From Hydrolagus colliei (taxonomy: Eukaryota), in contig CM068769.1 in the NCBI GenBank assembly GCA_035084275.1, positions 1,240,001-1,304,000 on the forward strand: a stretch of DNA of 64,000 nt, in the 5' to 3' direction. Shown piece after piece: positions 13,549 through 27,663 of the stretch. Positions within the stretch are counted from its first letter, which is position 1; each line of letters starts with the position of its first letter. A program made the translations under genes and the position numbers. The notes beneath the pieces were generated by a model that was given only the letters and a program-made list of their open reading frames with translations, had not been told where the DNA came from and did not search any database.

Positions 13549-15719
13549 AGGCTGAACAGTAACATGCTTAGCAGAACTTCACTTTCTGCGTCTTCCCAGT
13601 CACTTCTTGGGATTCCGTTTTCTAACATTTTTAAAATCCGTTCTGCTGCCTCTTCTATGACTCCAGCCGACTCGAATTTTATCATTATTTATCTCACGTG
13701 GTACATTAGCAACTTCACTCTGGAAATACAGATATTTCACATCCACTTTTGTTGTATAACCCGTCAATCTGTTACTTATCTAAAACTCAATAAGATTTAT
13801 AACGGATATCTTTTAGTAGTACCATGCTTGGTCCCTTCATTGTGTTTTAATTCTCCAGAAAAAGTGTTATTGTGGAATCCTAAACCTTGTCCACAACTGC
13901 CGTGAAGTTGATAGGTCTGTAATTTCCTCGAACAGCTCCATCACCGTTTTTTTTAAAAAAAGGTATTAAATTGGCCACTCCCCAGTTCTTTCAGTAAACG
14001 TAGGTACAGACCATATTGACACAGTGTCCTGTCGTCTTGGGAACTTTGCAAATGATTAACAAGAGGATCATAATACCGATTAAGCTAAATCTGGCAACGA
14101 TCCGTGCATTTTACATATTTTCTAAAATGTCTAACATTGAGTGCACATGCCGGTTGCATTGAAAAAATGTGCTCACATCTTCGTTCTGTTCTCTCTCCTT
14201 TTGTCTTCTCTCTTTCTTCACTGGTACAAAGTCCGCAGCTCTATCCAGGGTTAAAGTACCTCAAAATATCCCTAAAAGGCAATATTGATTATAAGCCTTG
14301 ACACACTTGCATTGACTGTTACACAAATGAGGTGCAAATGGAAGAGGAGTGGGCAGAGCATGGCACTAAGGACAGGGACTACATTTTTACTGGGAGCCTG
14401 CCTTGCGAAAGTGTCCTGCATTCGCCAGATAATTATATACTTGCAATGGCTGGATTGGTTTTGCCAGAATAGCATGGGGAGAGGCAAGGCGGAGGGATCA
14501 GATAGTTCTGATGTATTGCATATTCGGATAGAGAATATAAGCTTTATCTTGAATACACACACTCTTCCATGTTTGCTCCTCTCTCTCCCCCTACATCTAT
14601 CTCTCTCTGTCCCAGTTCCACAGTATCTTATACACATCCACAATCCTTTCTACTTATCAAACACACGATCTCAATTTATTTCACACATACTCGCATTCTC
14701 TCTCACACACTGTCTGCCAAACTTCCTTCTCTCTTTCTGACAAACTGTCTCGCACACACGCTAATCCACACTCTTGCAAATTCTCTGTTTCTTTCTTTGT
14801 CTCATTCATACTTTATTTTCTTGTACATTTTTTCCCACACACAATATTTCGCAGTTTGATTCGGAGACAGGTGAGGAGCAAACCGTTGGCCCAGACAAAT
14901 CTGTGACAATTTGAATTTGTTCACGTTTCTCTCGGTTAACCAATCATAGGGAATCCCACCAATGTACAAAGTCTCTGTGGTGTAAGGTGCTGTATCAATA
15001 TAAATGATGAAGCATTCTGATATGCCCCTTTGGTGTGATAGCCATTTGATGAACATAATCCATCTTCCCAGGGAGAGAGCATGTATTCCATTTAAATTAT
15101 CGTTTCAAATTTACGTAAACGGCTGGAATACATGGAATTCTCTATTTTATTTCCACACTTGTTTGGGAGTCTTACGAACACAGAATTTGTCTAATCAAGC
15201 TCGACAGGATTTGAATAATAAACGAGTTTTCAGGTTAACCATTCACAGAAACAGCCTCATTAATGTCCGAAGTCCAACTGTTATTCTATTCTCGACTATG
15301 CAGACTATAAGGAAGGCAGGGCGTATGTCCAAATATTTTACCCAGGACTTGAGCAGGACTCAAAATTTAGAGGGTTTAAGCATATGTGGACGGGCAGATT
15401 AATTGAATTCCGTTTGAATGTCAAACATGAGCAAATACCAGATACTCTGGCCACAATCCCTCAATTGTCCTTGGACACCTTGGTGGTGCCAGAGGATGAA
15501 AAGTTGCTAAGATTACTACACTGTATAAAAAGGACAGAGGTACAAAACCTGGGAGTTACAGGCAAATCAGTCTAACTTTGGTAGTGGGCATATTTCTGGT
15601 GCCTACAAACAGGGAAAAGATAGATCTTCACTTAGAAAGATAGAGGCTAAGAAAGTTCAGCCAGCGTAGATTTGTTAAAGTGAAATCTTGCCTTCCAAAT
15701 CTGATAAAAATGTTCAATG

Positions 15720-16990
15720 AGTAAACAGAATGGATGGACGAGGGTAGCGCAGTTGATATAGTTTACATGGATTTTCAAAAGGCATTTGACAAGGTGCTGC
15801 TTGAGATGTTTCTTAGGAAAGTGAGGCCTACGGCGTTAAAGGGACAGTGGCAGCATGGATCCACAACTGTCTGCGAGATAGAAAGCAGAGAGTTGTGGTG
15901 AGCGACTGTTTTTTCAGACTGGAGGGAAGTGAGCAGTGGCGTCCCCTGGTGATCGGTTTTGGGACCACTGATCTTTTTAATCTACAGGAACGATCTGGAC
16001 TTGTGTGTAGACAGTACTGTATCCAAATTTGCAGATGATACTATATTAGGGAAAATATGAAATAGTGAGGTGGCTAGTAGGAAGATATAGATAAAATTGT
16101 AAAGTGGGGAGGCACATGGCAGATGAAGTGTAATGCAGAGATGTATGTGGTGATACATTTGGGCAGACGAAATGAGTGGCGGCAATATAGCCTAGATAGT
16201 ACAATTTTAAGGGATGTGAAGGAACATAGAGACGTAGTATTTAGTGTTGGTGACTCTATGAAAGTGGCAGGTCAGGTAGACAAATCTGTCAAGAAGGCAT
16301 ATGGGATGCTAGGCTTTATAAATACTGCTAAAGAGTACAAAAGTCAGGAAATACCCACTAACCTCTATAAAACTTTGGTTAGGCCTCACCTGGAGCACTG
16401 TGTTCAATTCCAGTCACCACATTATAGCAATGATGCTAAGGAATTGGAAAGCGTTTAAAGAGGTTTACTAGAATGGTACAAGGATTGAGGAACTCCCGTT
16501 ATGAGGAATTGCTAGAAAGGCTAGGCTTCCGCTCTCTAGAAGATTGAGAGGAACTCTGGTTTGTAAAATCATGGGGTATTCGACAGCTGAATAAGGGAAA
16601 GCTTTTTGCACTGGTGCGCGAATCTGTGACTCATGGTCACAGATTCAAAATTGTTTCAGAACGAAGCAGAGGGGAGCACAAGAAACATTTTTCACTCAGC
16701 ATGTTGGAGCGCTCTATGACGCCGTCCGGCGTGGAGGGCGCTATATAAATCGAAACTTCTGTTGTTGTTGTTGTTTGAATGTGGAATGCATTGCCTGAAA
16801 AGGTGGTGGAGGTTGATTTAACAACGGCTTTTAAATCATAATTATATCTTTATTTAGGGAGAACAGGTCTGTTAGGTTATGGGGAGAGAGCGAAGCAGTA
16901 ACGTCTGTTAGTTTATGGGGAGAGACGGAAGCAGTAGGATAGAGTTGCTCTTTTCAAAGAGCCGGCACAAACTAGATGTGGCGAAATGCC
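15720..16990 (+). mobile_element. CR1-clade LINE RT fragment, frameshifted
   Basis: DIVYMDFQKAFDKV (about 15745), KFADDT (about 16025), LYKTLVRPHLEHCVQF; interrupted by an L2-type tail near 16700-16775. Confidence 0.85.
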
Positions 16991-17949
16991 TCCTTTTGTG
17001 CCGTAACATTCTATGAATCTATCATCTCATAAAATGACAGGTCAGGCTCGAGATGTGGAGTTGGCTGCTCCTGCTCCTAATTGCTATATTCTTATATTTT
17101 TCAGCTCGTCACGTATAGACATGTTAATTTCATGTCAACAAAATCTCCAGTTATGAGTGGCTACACCTTCCACAGTGAATTCAGTAATACCTACTCGTGG
17201 TCCCCTTTAAACTACCTACATTCCTGCTCCCCATTCTATTTCCTTGAGTTTCTTCAACCCTGCTGACGCAGCCGCTACCTCCACTCACCGGTCACTGGCT
17301 GACTTCACACTCCGCTAAATACCTTTCCTTCACCCAGCTTCTCGGAATTCCTCTACCTCAATCCCACTCTCGCAGCATCCCACCACTTGACCCCAATCTC
17401 CACCATCCTCACACCTAATCGCCTCGCACCCGGCATCACTTCCACTTTTGCCTTTACCCTGCAGTCTCCTTCCATTGTGGAGTCCTGTAGCTTAGCAATT
17501 AGATCACACGAATTTCCAGCGAAAACCCTGGGTTCGTTTCCAGGCAGGGCGAAACTGTTGGCTAGTTTCTTTACTCCACTTTCCTCCTAATAATACCCCA
17601 AATAAAAACAATAATATATCGGTCATTTCAATCCACAGATGTCTGTGGGAAACTGCTGTGTACAATTGATTATCGTGTGTCGCCCTCATATATACAGTCA
17701 CTTCATATAACAGTGAATTTATATTTAATGAATGGCATTGAGATGTCTAGAAGATACGAAAACCGCTATATTAAAATTCATGCATTATTATTGGAAATAT
17801 TGAATGGTATAATAATAATCACCATCTCCAGTACATGTAACTCGACTGATAGAATCCCGACCTAAGATTTAAATGCATCCACAGGCTCCTGATTCTGAAA
17901 TATCCTCAATTCAGTTAGCACAAGTGTACTACATATCTCGGTTTCTATG

Positions 17950-18910
17950 TAACTTGGTTTCATTCTCAATCCTCGTCCATTCATGCAACACTTCCAGGTG
18001 AAATGCAAGGAGACACCAGCTAACTGCTGATAAACGATCATGAATGATTGTCGAGTGCCGCTAACTTCGTAGGTTATAACTATACTCTCGGTTTCGCCTC
18101 CACTGAATTCTCATTTCCTGTATGTTTGCTGGTGTGACATTAATTCCCCAATCGGGGACCAACAGAGTTCATTTAGCCCACAAGTTAGTAAGTTACTGCA
18201 CGTTTCAGTATATTCGTTCAATCACGTTGAATCACGTGAATGAAATACTCTGGCTGCATCGTACTCAAGCAACTATAGCTGTTACTGTTATTAATATAAG
18301 TATATGTTGCTAAGGGAATGCATTACCGGTCGAAATCTTTCTTCAATTAGTTATTTACATTTACAAACAGCTTGCATTCATCCTTATCAAGTCAATTCAA
18401 GGAAGATTATCACAGCTCCACGCAGGCTTTGCTTTCCGAGGGCAGCGATTGTGTGTTTGGCAACGTCTGCTGACGTTGCCAAACACGTTTATGTAACGCA
18501 GTGTTCCCTCAATCATCTATGATGTGAACAAATAATTTTGCTAATCGAATGACTGCCCAGTTACCAGTAGAAATACTGTTATTGCTCAAGCAGGTATATG
18601 GAATCATTGCTTGACTGGACCTCTGTTTGGTCGTTCAACAGATTGTAAACTTCTGTGACATTTATAGATATCCCCCCCAAGCCTTCACTAGAGTGAAAAG
18701 TCCAGTACATCCGTCAGGAATCTAATATATCATGCACAAAATGTAAGCCGCTTTTATGTGCATTACGCGTAAGTTAGATTTGTGATTATTACTTAGCACT
18801 GCAACAATAATTTTGGGGTTTGATAAAGCGACAATTTTCGCACGTATCGTAGGGCTTCACAGAATGTACTCTAATACGTCTTGACAGTGTGTGTCTTAAT
18901 GGAAGAAACA
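17950..18910 (-). promoter_or_regulatory. Orphan copy of a family-A V upstream/promoter region with no leader or V exon
   Basis: Aligns to 38270-39250 (upstream of V10) and 19330-20090 (upstream of V1); homology stops near 17950, where the leader would begin. Confidence 0.7.
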
Positions 18911-18920
18911 CAGTTCTATG

Positions 18921-19358
18921 CTCTCTTCTGTACAGAAGGAAATGTCGGTGTCTGTCTCTCGCAAGTTTCTGATTGTCAGTGTGCTATTCTTCTCTTTTGT
19001 ATCAGCCAAAGCACTTATCCTCTCCTCAGTCTTGACCTCTCTGATCCTCTTCACCAGCAAACGGATGGAGCCGTTTCCATACTGTTTGTACCATTGGAAG
19101 GTGGGTATGTCAAAAGTGGTGTTGCACTCTATAGATACATTTCCATTTTCATTCACTGTCAGTGCATGAGGACTCTGTGACACTTCGCTTTCAGCGAAGA
19201 CACCTGAGGAACAGATATGAACATTCTTATAAAGAAATTTGGAAGAAAATATCTCCACTTAAACTTCTAACTATTTAGCGCAAAACATGCATGTGATTGT
19301 CTAATCTCCCACTCTACTTACAGAAGAGCGAAATCATTAAACTAAAAATAATACACTT
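18921..19358 (-). pseudogene. TRAV: V1: TCR alpha/delta V pseudogene, family A
   Basis: V exon 19203-18921 (EVSQSPHALTV...IEC...FQWYKQ...DTDISFC). Leader exon 19358-19322 has AAG at the ATG position. Heptamer CATAGAA; nonamer lost. Confidence 0.85.
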
Positions 19359-20487
19359 TGCTTGGTATCTTGATTTCTTTCACAATACTCGTCGATTCAT
19401 GTCGAAATCTCAAAATGACATGCAAGTAGACACCTGATAAACGTTCATGAATGGTTATCGAGTGCCGCTAACTGTGTAGGTTATAACTATACTCTCGGTG
19501 ATGCCTCCACTGACCTCTCATTTCCTATATGTTTGATTCTGTGACATTGATTCCCCAATCGACTTGCAGCAGTGTTCGTTTAGCACACAAGATAGGAAGT
19601 CACTGTATTTTTTTGTAATAGTTTTTCAATCGCTTTGAATCAACTGGTTGACATAATTTCGAGTGTGAAGTGAACAAACAGTTGTGCTGATGGAATGTCT
19701 TCCCAGTCACCAGCAGAAACACTGTTATTGCTCACGCAGGGACATGACAGAATTACCTACCCTTGCTACAAACCGACTGGATCTCTGTTTGGTCGATCAA
19801 CAGAATTTCAAATTCTCTGACATTTCTTCACATTCCCCCAAGAATGCACTAGAGTGTCAGCCCAGTACATCCGACAGGAATCTAATATATCATACGCAAC
19901 ATGTAAGTCGCTTTTAAATGCATTACGTGGAAGTTAGAAGTATGCTTATATTTATATGGTGCTGGAACAATAATTTTTAAAATATCTTTTTATTTGATAA
20001 ATCGACATTTTTCGCGCGTTTCAAAGCGCTTCACAGATTCTACTGTAATGTGCCTTGACATTGTGTGTCTTCGTGGAAGAAACACTGGCAGGCCAATGCG
20101 CAGAGCAGTGTCCCACAGAATATGTGGATAGGGTAATTGCATTTATATTATCGTGTTCATCTATCGGATTGTAAACCCAGGGAAAGCGATCCACCCATGG
20201 ACGAAAAAGCAGATTCCGAGCAACCGCGAGATGAAGAGGTATGTTTGTCCAGTGAATGGAAACTTCGGATTCCCAACGCCTGCTTGTCAAACCCAGGTAC
20301 ACTCGAGAGCAAGGCGAGTACTCGAACCTCTGTACTAGAACACTCCATAGCCTCTGTGCACCGCCCTCCCTGTTATAATAGTGTAGCCACCTCAGTGTTT
20401 TGGCAGCACCAATTTGAATGTGTGAGAGGAAGTCAAGATTGTCAGCTGATTGTTTGAACAGTGTATCTGGTCTCCTGTCACAGTATG

Positions 20488-20938
20488 GGCTGCAGTGTCC
20501 AGTAATACATGGCACCGTCACCCATATCAGCCCTGAGTATTTGCAAATTAAATACTTTATTCTCCTTGTCCAGCTTGGCGGTGAAGCGGTCGGGAATATC
20601 AGGAGCTTTGTCTACATTTCCCGAGATATAAATCCTCAGCAAGTACTGAAGAGCTCCATCTGGATATTGCCTGTACCAGAAGGCAGCATCCATTGTGGAA
20701 TAGTTGCAGTTTATTCTCGCGTCTTGCTCTTCAAACTCCCTTATATGAGTAGGATACTGGTATATTACATCTTTCCCGGTAACTTCTGCAATAAAGAAAC
20801 AACGTGTTATTCACAAGGCGAAGGCAAATATTAATTTGCAATTGGAATAATACTAACTGTTATTGAGTTTTTTTGTCCTCGAATTTTCACAACAATCAGA
20901 CGTTGCAGAATATACATAAATAAACACCCACACAACAT
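20488..20938 (-). pseudogene. TRAV: V2: TCR alpha/delta V pseudogene, family B
   Basis: V exon 20785-20488 is open but the second Cys is Trp (YYW, 20501-20499). RSS CATACTG-23-TCAAACAAT (20487-20449). Tentative leader 20938-20902. Confidence 0.85.
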
Positions 20939-22408
20939 AATATCAAATGAATTGCCTCCATTCTTTACAGGCACAACGCGGCAGCTAAGTGTACGAGGCA
21001 GTGGCGCACACACAGTCATAGAGTGAGAGATTACATTTCTCTTATTGTAAGTAATTTGTTCGTGGGAATGATCAGATCTGGAAAGCGATCCGCTTCCTTA
21101 ATACTGTTAGTCTGGCAAAGGCGTGTGTATGGTGTCAAGCGAAGTGTCCAAAAATTAGCCCTGCCGTGAATCAATCTATGGTGTTCTCTTTGTCAACGGG
21201 AATACAGTGCCCAAATGCTACACTACTTTTAATATATAATAATAATACCGGCATTTGATATAGTGCTTTTCGCATGTCGCAATACCAAATCACATGCACT
21301 AGGCACGTCCACACATATTTACTAGCCATGGAGAGGATTGCTATCAGTAACTGATAGTGACCTGTCATGCTGTCTGCTGAGGTAGGGAAGATAGTGTAGT
21401 ATCTTCCTTTTTATATGTCTGTTCGGCTGCTTCAGTTACACGTAGTGCGGCAGCGGCTGATCTGATATGTCGAGGCAATGGATTATTGCATAAAATTGTA
21501 GGCGTTTCACACTAACCAGAGGATAGTTGCCTTAATTTTCTGCTGATTGGCTACAGGTGGATCCGGGTTAGATTCGAGGGAATATGTGTATGTTTAACCC
21601 ACAAACAAATTGTCTAAATTCAAGGCTGAGATGACAACGCACCTCTGTTGGTGGTAGTATATTTAATGAGTCATAAAGGTTTTGGTTCAAGGCTCAAGAA
21701 GTTACAATGAGATGATGGTCTAGACTAAAATTCTAATTTATGACTCTGTATCAGGGGTGTATTATAAATAAAACTTAGATTGAGCCACAATTCGGTTCAT
21801 CGTATATTCGTGGGAGAATTGCTGTGTTCAAACTGCCAATTTATTTGTGTTCAAAATGCAGTCATTTCTTTTTTAATTAATTCATACTGAGCGCTTTACT
21901 AGCAAGTCCTACATGAAGGCTTGTTGTACAAGGCAATGACTGTTATAATGACTAACGCTTTGCTGTCCTGTTTGGAATTGCATCCAACGCAGGAAGGCCC
22001 AAACTAAGAAATATGTTCAGTTGTTTAAATGTACAATTAAATTTAAAATAACCATTTTTATTCCCCTTCACCAAATTAACGAACGAAAGTGCCCACATAG
22101 CCATTCAGAAAACCTACCATGTTTAACTCCACAGTGAGAGCCACACAATAGTGGATGTCTATTTTATGGAAAAGACAATAAGATAGAAAACGTTTCACGT
22201 CAATTGATTCTTGAAAACAATAATATGAGTAATGTTTAAGCAAACAAGCATTAGCACTTTGCAGCTGCAGAGGTCATAGTGTAGATGAGGCACCAACATC
22301 AAATGTAACAGAAACCACCTGCTATGGCTCACAAGGAAGTAATTTACAGAAAGGGACCAGGAAAGTTATATCAGTTGCTGCTCATGTTAGATACTGTACG
22401 TGCTTAGT

Positions 22409-22422
22409 GCGCCATCTGGTGG
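22409..22422 (-). promoter_or_regulatory. CTCF-like motif
   Basis: CCACCAGATGGCGC on the minus strand, matching the CTCF core consensus. Confidence 0.7.
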
Positions 22423-23081
22423 TGGATTGCAGGTACAGAACGTGCACAATTGGAGACATTACACAGTAAGCGATTTCCACCCAGGCTCAACATTCCCTTT
22501 CTGAATGGCGTTGTATGAATGTACGTTATTTATTTAGTTAATTTATAAAATATTTTACAACGCATTAGTAGACCAAAGAAAGGCTCGTACATGTGGCATG
22601 AGTCCCAGAAAGGCAAGAGCTTTGAGTCTATCTCTGTGACAGCAGCATGCTTGCATTTAATAAAAATATCAGTATTCCTTTGCCTTTGTTATAGTGACAA
22701 AATTGTCATCGAGGAGCACCAAAGCGTTTTACAGAATGTACCAGAAACTCATTGTCAACTTATTTCTGTGAGCGAATTGCGAACGACAAGTTTGCACATC
22801 AGTGACCCATTGGATTGAATGACCAATTTACTAATGTCATCAATAATGTGAAGAACTTCTTACTCCCGGAATAGATCCACTAATCCACGAACAACACCGT
22901 TCCGGCCTGCTGCCATGTAAACAGCCGCATACATGTGGAGTAAGGAAACGTGCCCCACATTTCGCTCTGCCGTGAATTCAAACCTTGTATCTTGCCTGTG
23001 AAGCGAGTGCTGTAACCACTGAGCTACAGGACTCCACATGGTAGTTTTTGTATGGCGGTAGCGCTGATCTGTGTCTATGTG

Positions 23082-23919
23082 GGGCTCAGTGCACAGTAAT
23101 ACACCGCCGAGTCTGTAACTCTCACTTGGGAGATATTTAAAGGGATAGTCCTTCCCACTTTATCCACAACCGTTGAGAAATGACCTTTGGCAAAGTCTGC
23201 ATATTGTGGATTGTTCCTGATGGATGTGCTGAGGATATATTCTGGAATTGTATTGGGATAGTGACGGTACCAAAACAGATATATATTGGTGTCTATTGCT
23301 GCTGTATAATTACACTGCAATATTGAATCCTCCCCTAAATTTGCTGTCACAGTAGGTTGGAGCTGTGTCACAGCGTCGCATTCACAATGTCCTAGAAAAA
23401 GATAAATAAATAATAATAATAACGTGAATAAGAATGATAATAATCACAAAAATATTGATGTTGATCCTTATATTTGCTATAGCGCTTTAGCCTGTATCTG
23501 CGACAGCAGAAAGCGCTTCACAGAACATTAATTAATATACATTTTCTGGACAAAACTTCAGCACCAATTGCGCGTATCAGTTTCCACAAAACAATAGTTA
23601 ATTGATTGATTTATAGACGATTATGTTTCTTGGAATCAAATGCTTCGGAGACGCGATCAGTAAGTTTGCCTATAGTAGGTTTCATATCTAAGATTCCTGA
23701 AACATGGACGCGTGTGTGGCGCAAGTAAACGTGCTTGTAGATTCGCCCTCCCTGTTCACTGAGTTACACGAAGCTACTGCTTGTCAACTCCTGTAGATTA
23801 TTGGTTAATTCATGCAATAAGAATAAATAAGCATTGGATAATATGTGCAGGAATATATTGATATACGTTTCCTGCTTACCTACGAAGATAACGATGGCTG
23901 CTGCCAGGTAAATATACAT
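23082..23919 (-). CDS. TRAV: V3: TCR alpha/delta V segment, family C, apparently intact
   Basis: Leader 23919-23880 (MYIYLAAAIVIFV, GTAAGC donor); V exon 23391-23082 with C, LFWYRHY and YYCALS; RSS CACATAG-23-ACAAAAACT (23081-23043). Confidence 0.9.
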
Positions 23920-25102
23920 TGTGATATGTGCATTTAGTGGCATGTGGTGTTGACGGAGAGTTGATGGTGGAGTTCCAAACCGTTGGCTGGTAGGCAGTTG
24001 ATGTGGTGTGGAGGGGTGAACAACGTATTGCATGCAGAATCTGCCATATGCTGGAAATGAACAGGTCTGAAGGTTGTTCACAAAACTTACGTCTCTGTCA
24101 TTTTGTATCATTCACTCTGTTCTGCCTTCTCGCTCCCCCATTAGTTCTCTTCCACGAATATGGTAAAGAGGTGAAACGGGTCATTGAGAGGGTTCAGAGC
24201 CAATAGGCAGGTGACATGTTACATCAACAGTTTCTCTGATGTCTCTGCCCTAGTTAGTTGCAAGTTTCGTTCCTGCCCCATTTGCTCTCCAGGCTTATGG
24301 GTAGCAACCGTTTGTGTATAAAACACAAGTAGTTTTTTAGCACAATTATTCGCCAAAACTTGGTTTGCTTCGCTATATGGCATTGCGTGTTTCACTTACC
24401 AGTGTGTAAACATTTGAAGAACACATCCTATGCTTGCGAGTGTACGAATCCAAATTGGAGTTGCAATATATATTATTGTGTTTTATGTAGCATCTTATCG
24501 CATCTTCAAAACATCTCTAATCTCGTCAAAAGGTGAACTGCCATGGGTAGCGATCATGTATATTCTCAATAAAATACAAGGTAGCCAAATGCACACAATC
24601 TTGTCTAGAAAAACTTAATGGAGAGTCATTCATTTTGTTATTGGAGTGTGGACCCAGGAACGTCTACCGGCCAGTCGACTAAAAGCAGATTTCCTACATA
24701 ATGCTCTTCATTAATTCAATAATAAATCTATTATTCTAAATTGTTCCTGATTCATTATTCAGAGTTCTGCTGTGAAGTGAATTGAACTGATATGTTTGGC
24801 TAATAGAAGCACGCAGTGTGTGCAGAGCAGCGGCTCGAAACATTCGTTGATTGAAGTGAACATGTTTCCGTTTCAAACGAATTACCACTGCCCCAGGAAA
24901 GCGATCCTTCAATCGACTGAGAACCAGGTCCCTACAAATTACTGTTAGAAACAGAGACTTTTCGAACAATTAAAATAACGCAATACTTTACCCAGCTAAG
25001 AATCGAACCCCAGCTCTACTTATTTGCCAGATGAGTTCTTTGTGAGCTACAGAGACCTCATCCTGTTTTTGTACAGACTCCTCTGAAACACGCAGCATTG
25101 TG

Positions 25103-25557
25103 CTCGTTGCACAGAAGTAAGCGTCGGTGTCTATCACACGCACGTCTTTGATTGATAGTGTGCTTTTTTCTCGTTTATGTCAGCCACTGCACTTATCCTC
25201 GCCCCTTCCTTCGTCTCTCTGGTTCCCATTACCAAGTACTGGATGGAGGCATTTCCAGACTGTTTATACCAATGTAATACATTGGCGTCGCCATTGGTGG
25301 TACAATCAATCGATACATTTCCAATTTCATTTATTGTCAGTGCCTGAGGACTCTGTGACACTTCGCTTTCAGCCAACACACCTGGGGAATAGACATGGAG
25401 AATCTTTGAAAGAAATTCGAATGGTATCAGCAAAGCTGATTTGTACTTATTCAGCAGCGAAACGTGAAGCTGTTTTTTTTTCAATCACGTAATTCCACTT
25501 ACACAAAAATAACACGAGTAAATTAATAACAGCGTATGTTGCCGTGATATTCTGCAT
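25103..25557 (-). pseudogene. TRAV: V4: TCR alpha/delta V, family A, single frameshift
   Basis: Leader 25557-25503; V exon 25381-25103; 1-nt loss in an A6 run (25164-25169, A7 in paralog V13); RSS CACAATG-23-ACAAAAACA (25102-25064). Confidence 0.85.
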
Positions 25558-27359
25558 TATTCTCAACCGGGGTCGACTCACGACTAAGTGATTGGTCGAA
25601 ATGGAACGAAAAATCAGCTGCAAGCCAGCTCCTCAATTATACATGTGTATTCGTTCGTAGAGCCAACAATGAGGCCTGCGTCATTATCTTATCTCTGTTC
25701 ATTGCTGGAAACTTTTTGCGAATCATCCTATCACTTTCCATTGTGTTCACAGTAACTCCGCCTCCCCTTGCCTCCACCCCGTGCAACCTTCAAGACACAT
25801 CGCAAAACCTTTCTCTTCGACAGGACCATTGGTAGCCAACCTCTTCTCCCAGCCCTACTTTCTTCCCAATGTTGACCACCAGATTTTGCCCAAGAACGAG
25901 ACTGTCCAGCAACATGGAACTATCTCCTGACGTTAAAGTGACGGTACAAATGTAGCGTTGCGTGATATTGTGACGGTATTCATTTCAATCCACCAACAAT
26001 TCCTGTTTAAATAAAATTATAGCTTAGGTCTAATTTTTATTTAGGACTTTTTGTTTTTAAAAAATTGTTTTTTTGCGTGTCACAACAGTTCCTCAGAAAG
26101 ACAAACGAATAAATTGTACGGAACCGTTTTATCTATTTCATCATCTCTTCTGTGAAAGTGACATTAGGTGTTTACAATCCACCTGATGGACAGAAACCGA
26201 CTCTGTTTGATGTCTCGCCATTGGACGTCCCACGTGACATGAACGTGGCTCTATAAATGCAATGTTGTTGTTGTTTCATGATGCCGTACCAGACAAAAGG
26301 CATATGCAAATAATTTAGTTCGTTATTGGCAATAATTTGAGGTGATTACATTAAAAGATATGAGTTACAATTCACGAATCAGGGTTTGATCCCACTGTCG
26401 TCTGACTCAGAGGCAAATGCATTGTCAATAGAGCAAGACCGACTACCTCAATTAATGACACTCAACTTCAAGTTCAATTATCCTTAACTCTGTGTATCCA
26501 GCTGAGCATTATTCTGACTACCTGTCATCTATATTAGAGAAAAGATTCATGCAAGATTGAGTAAAAGAGTCTGTGTAGAAATATTTACCTACAAGGACTA
26601 AAGTTTCGATAAAGATCATGACAATGGGAATACTTATATTGCATTATTCGCCATTTCATGGTATTCTTGGCTACTCGAAGCACTTCACTGATTATAAACT
26701 AAAGTGAGCTTCCCATATATCTTGAAGGCCAAATCTGCAAGAAAATTGTGCACAGCAGTCAACGACAAACAGTAAAATTGGATGAAATTCCTCTTTGTTA
26801 TTATTATTTCTTATTTTTCAACAAATTGTTACCCCCAGAAAAGCGATTCAGCAATCCAATAACAATAATGTTCCTATTTATTGCTGCCGTAACTATGGGG
26901 TCAGTGATTTAAGGTTAGTGGTCAGCATTTCCGCACAGAGCTAAGGACACACTTCTTCTCTCATAAGCTAGTAATGAGTGAAGGTAGAATTACATAAATT
27001 CACTCATAAAGTAGTGATTTTATGGAATTCGCGATATCCCCAAAAGCTGGATGCTCAGTCCTTGAACATATTGCAGGACTGAAATTTATAGATTTGCTAT
27101 GGATAAAGAGTTTAAGAGATATAGAAGATAGACAGGGGCAGTTTGAGTGAGATTAGAAGAACAGCTATAAAACAGTGAATGGCGAAGCGGGCTCGAGGTG
27201 CCGAATTGCCTGTTCCTGCTCCTTATTCTCATGTTCTTGTATTTAAACATGTGTAAAAGCTGCTTTTTGTTTTTCAGCAATGATGCCCCCTCGCGGTTAA
27301 GCAGCAAAATAACCAGTTGAAGTTTTTGTCCAGAGCCCCCATAACACAGAAGCAGTGTG

Positions 27360-27663
27360 GGCGTCGTGGTACAGTAATACACAGCAATGTCCCTGATCAG
27401 GACTATGCCAATCCTCAGCACGAATTCTTCACTCGATTTTTTGACAGTGGAGGAAAATCGAGCTGGGAAGTCAGGGTTCCTGTGAACGTTATTCGCTGTT
27501 CCCCGAAATACATACACAGGAGCGTGGCTGGAAGCTTGTCTGTACCAGAAGAGACCATACGCATCACTGATTTTCTTGAAGCTGCTGGAAAATTTCACAT
27601 CTTGTGCCTCTAGAATAGATATTTCAGTCATAGATTGTTTCCCAATTTCCTGCAGGCTGCCTC
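27360..27663 (-). pseudogene. TRAV: V5: TCR alpha/delta V, family D, open ORF lacking the first Cys
   Basis: V exon 27663-27360 (LFWYRQ...YYC); TGC>AGC at 27586-27584 relative to V14; RSS CACACTG-23-ACAAAAACT (27359-27321); no spliced leader found. Confidence 0.8.

Noticed and set aside
14272-14740. Possible TCR constant exon (ELSDPSAL...; GACLAK)
   Set aside because: No correctly spaced C1-domain Cys/Trp pattern in any frame, and no hinge or transmembrane exon nearby.
14802-15056. TETLYIGGIP, resembling a laminin-G motif
   Set aside because: Short match only; the surrounding residues and splice sites do not support an exon.
29-17900. Numerous 60-150 aa ORFs as host genes
   Set aside because: They are antisense or shifted frames of LINE/SINE fragments or low-complexity DNA, with no recognisable domains or exon structure.
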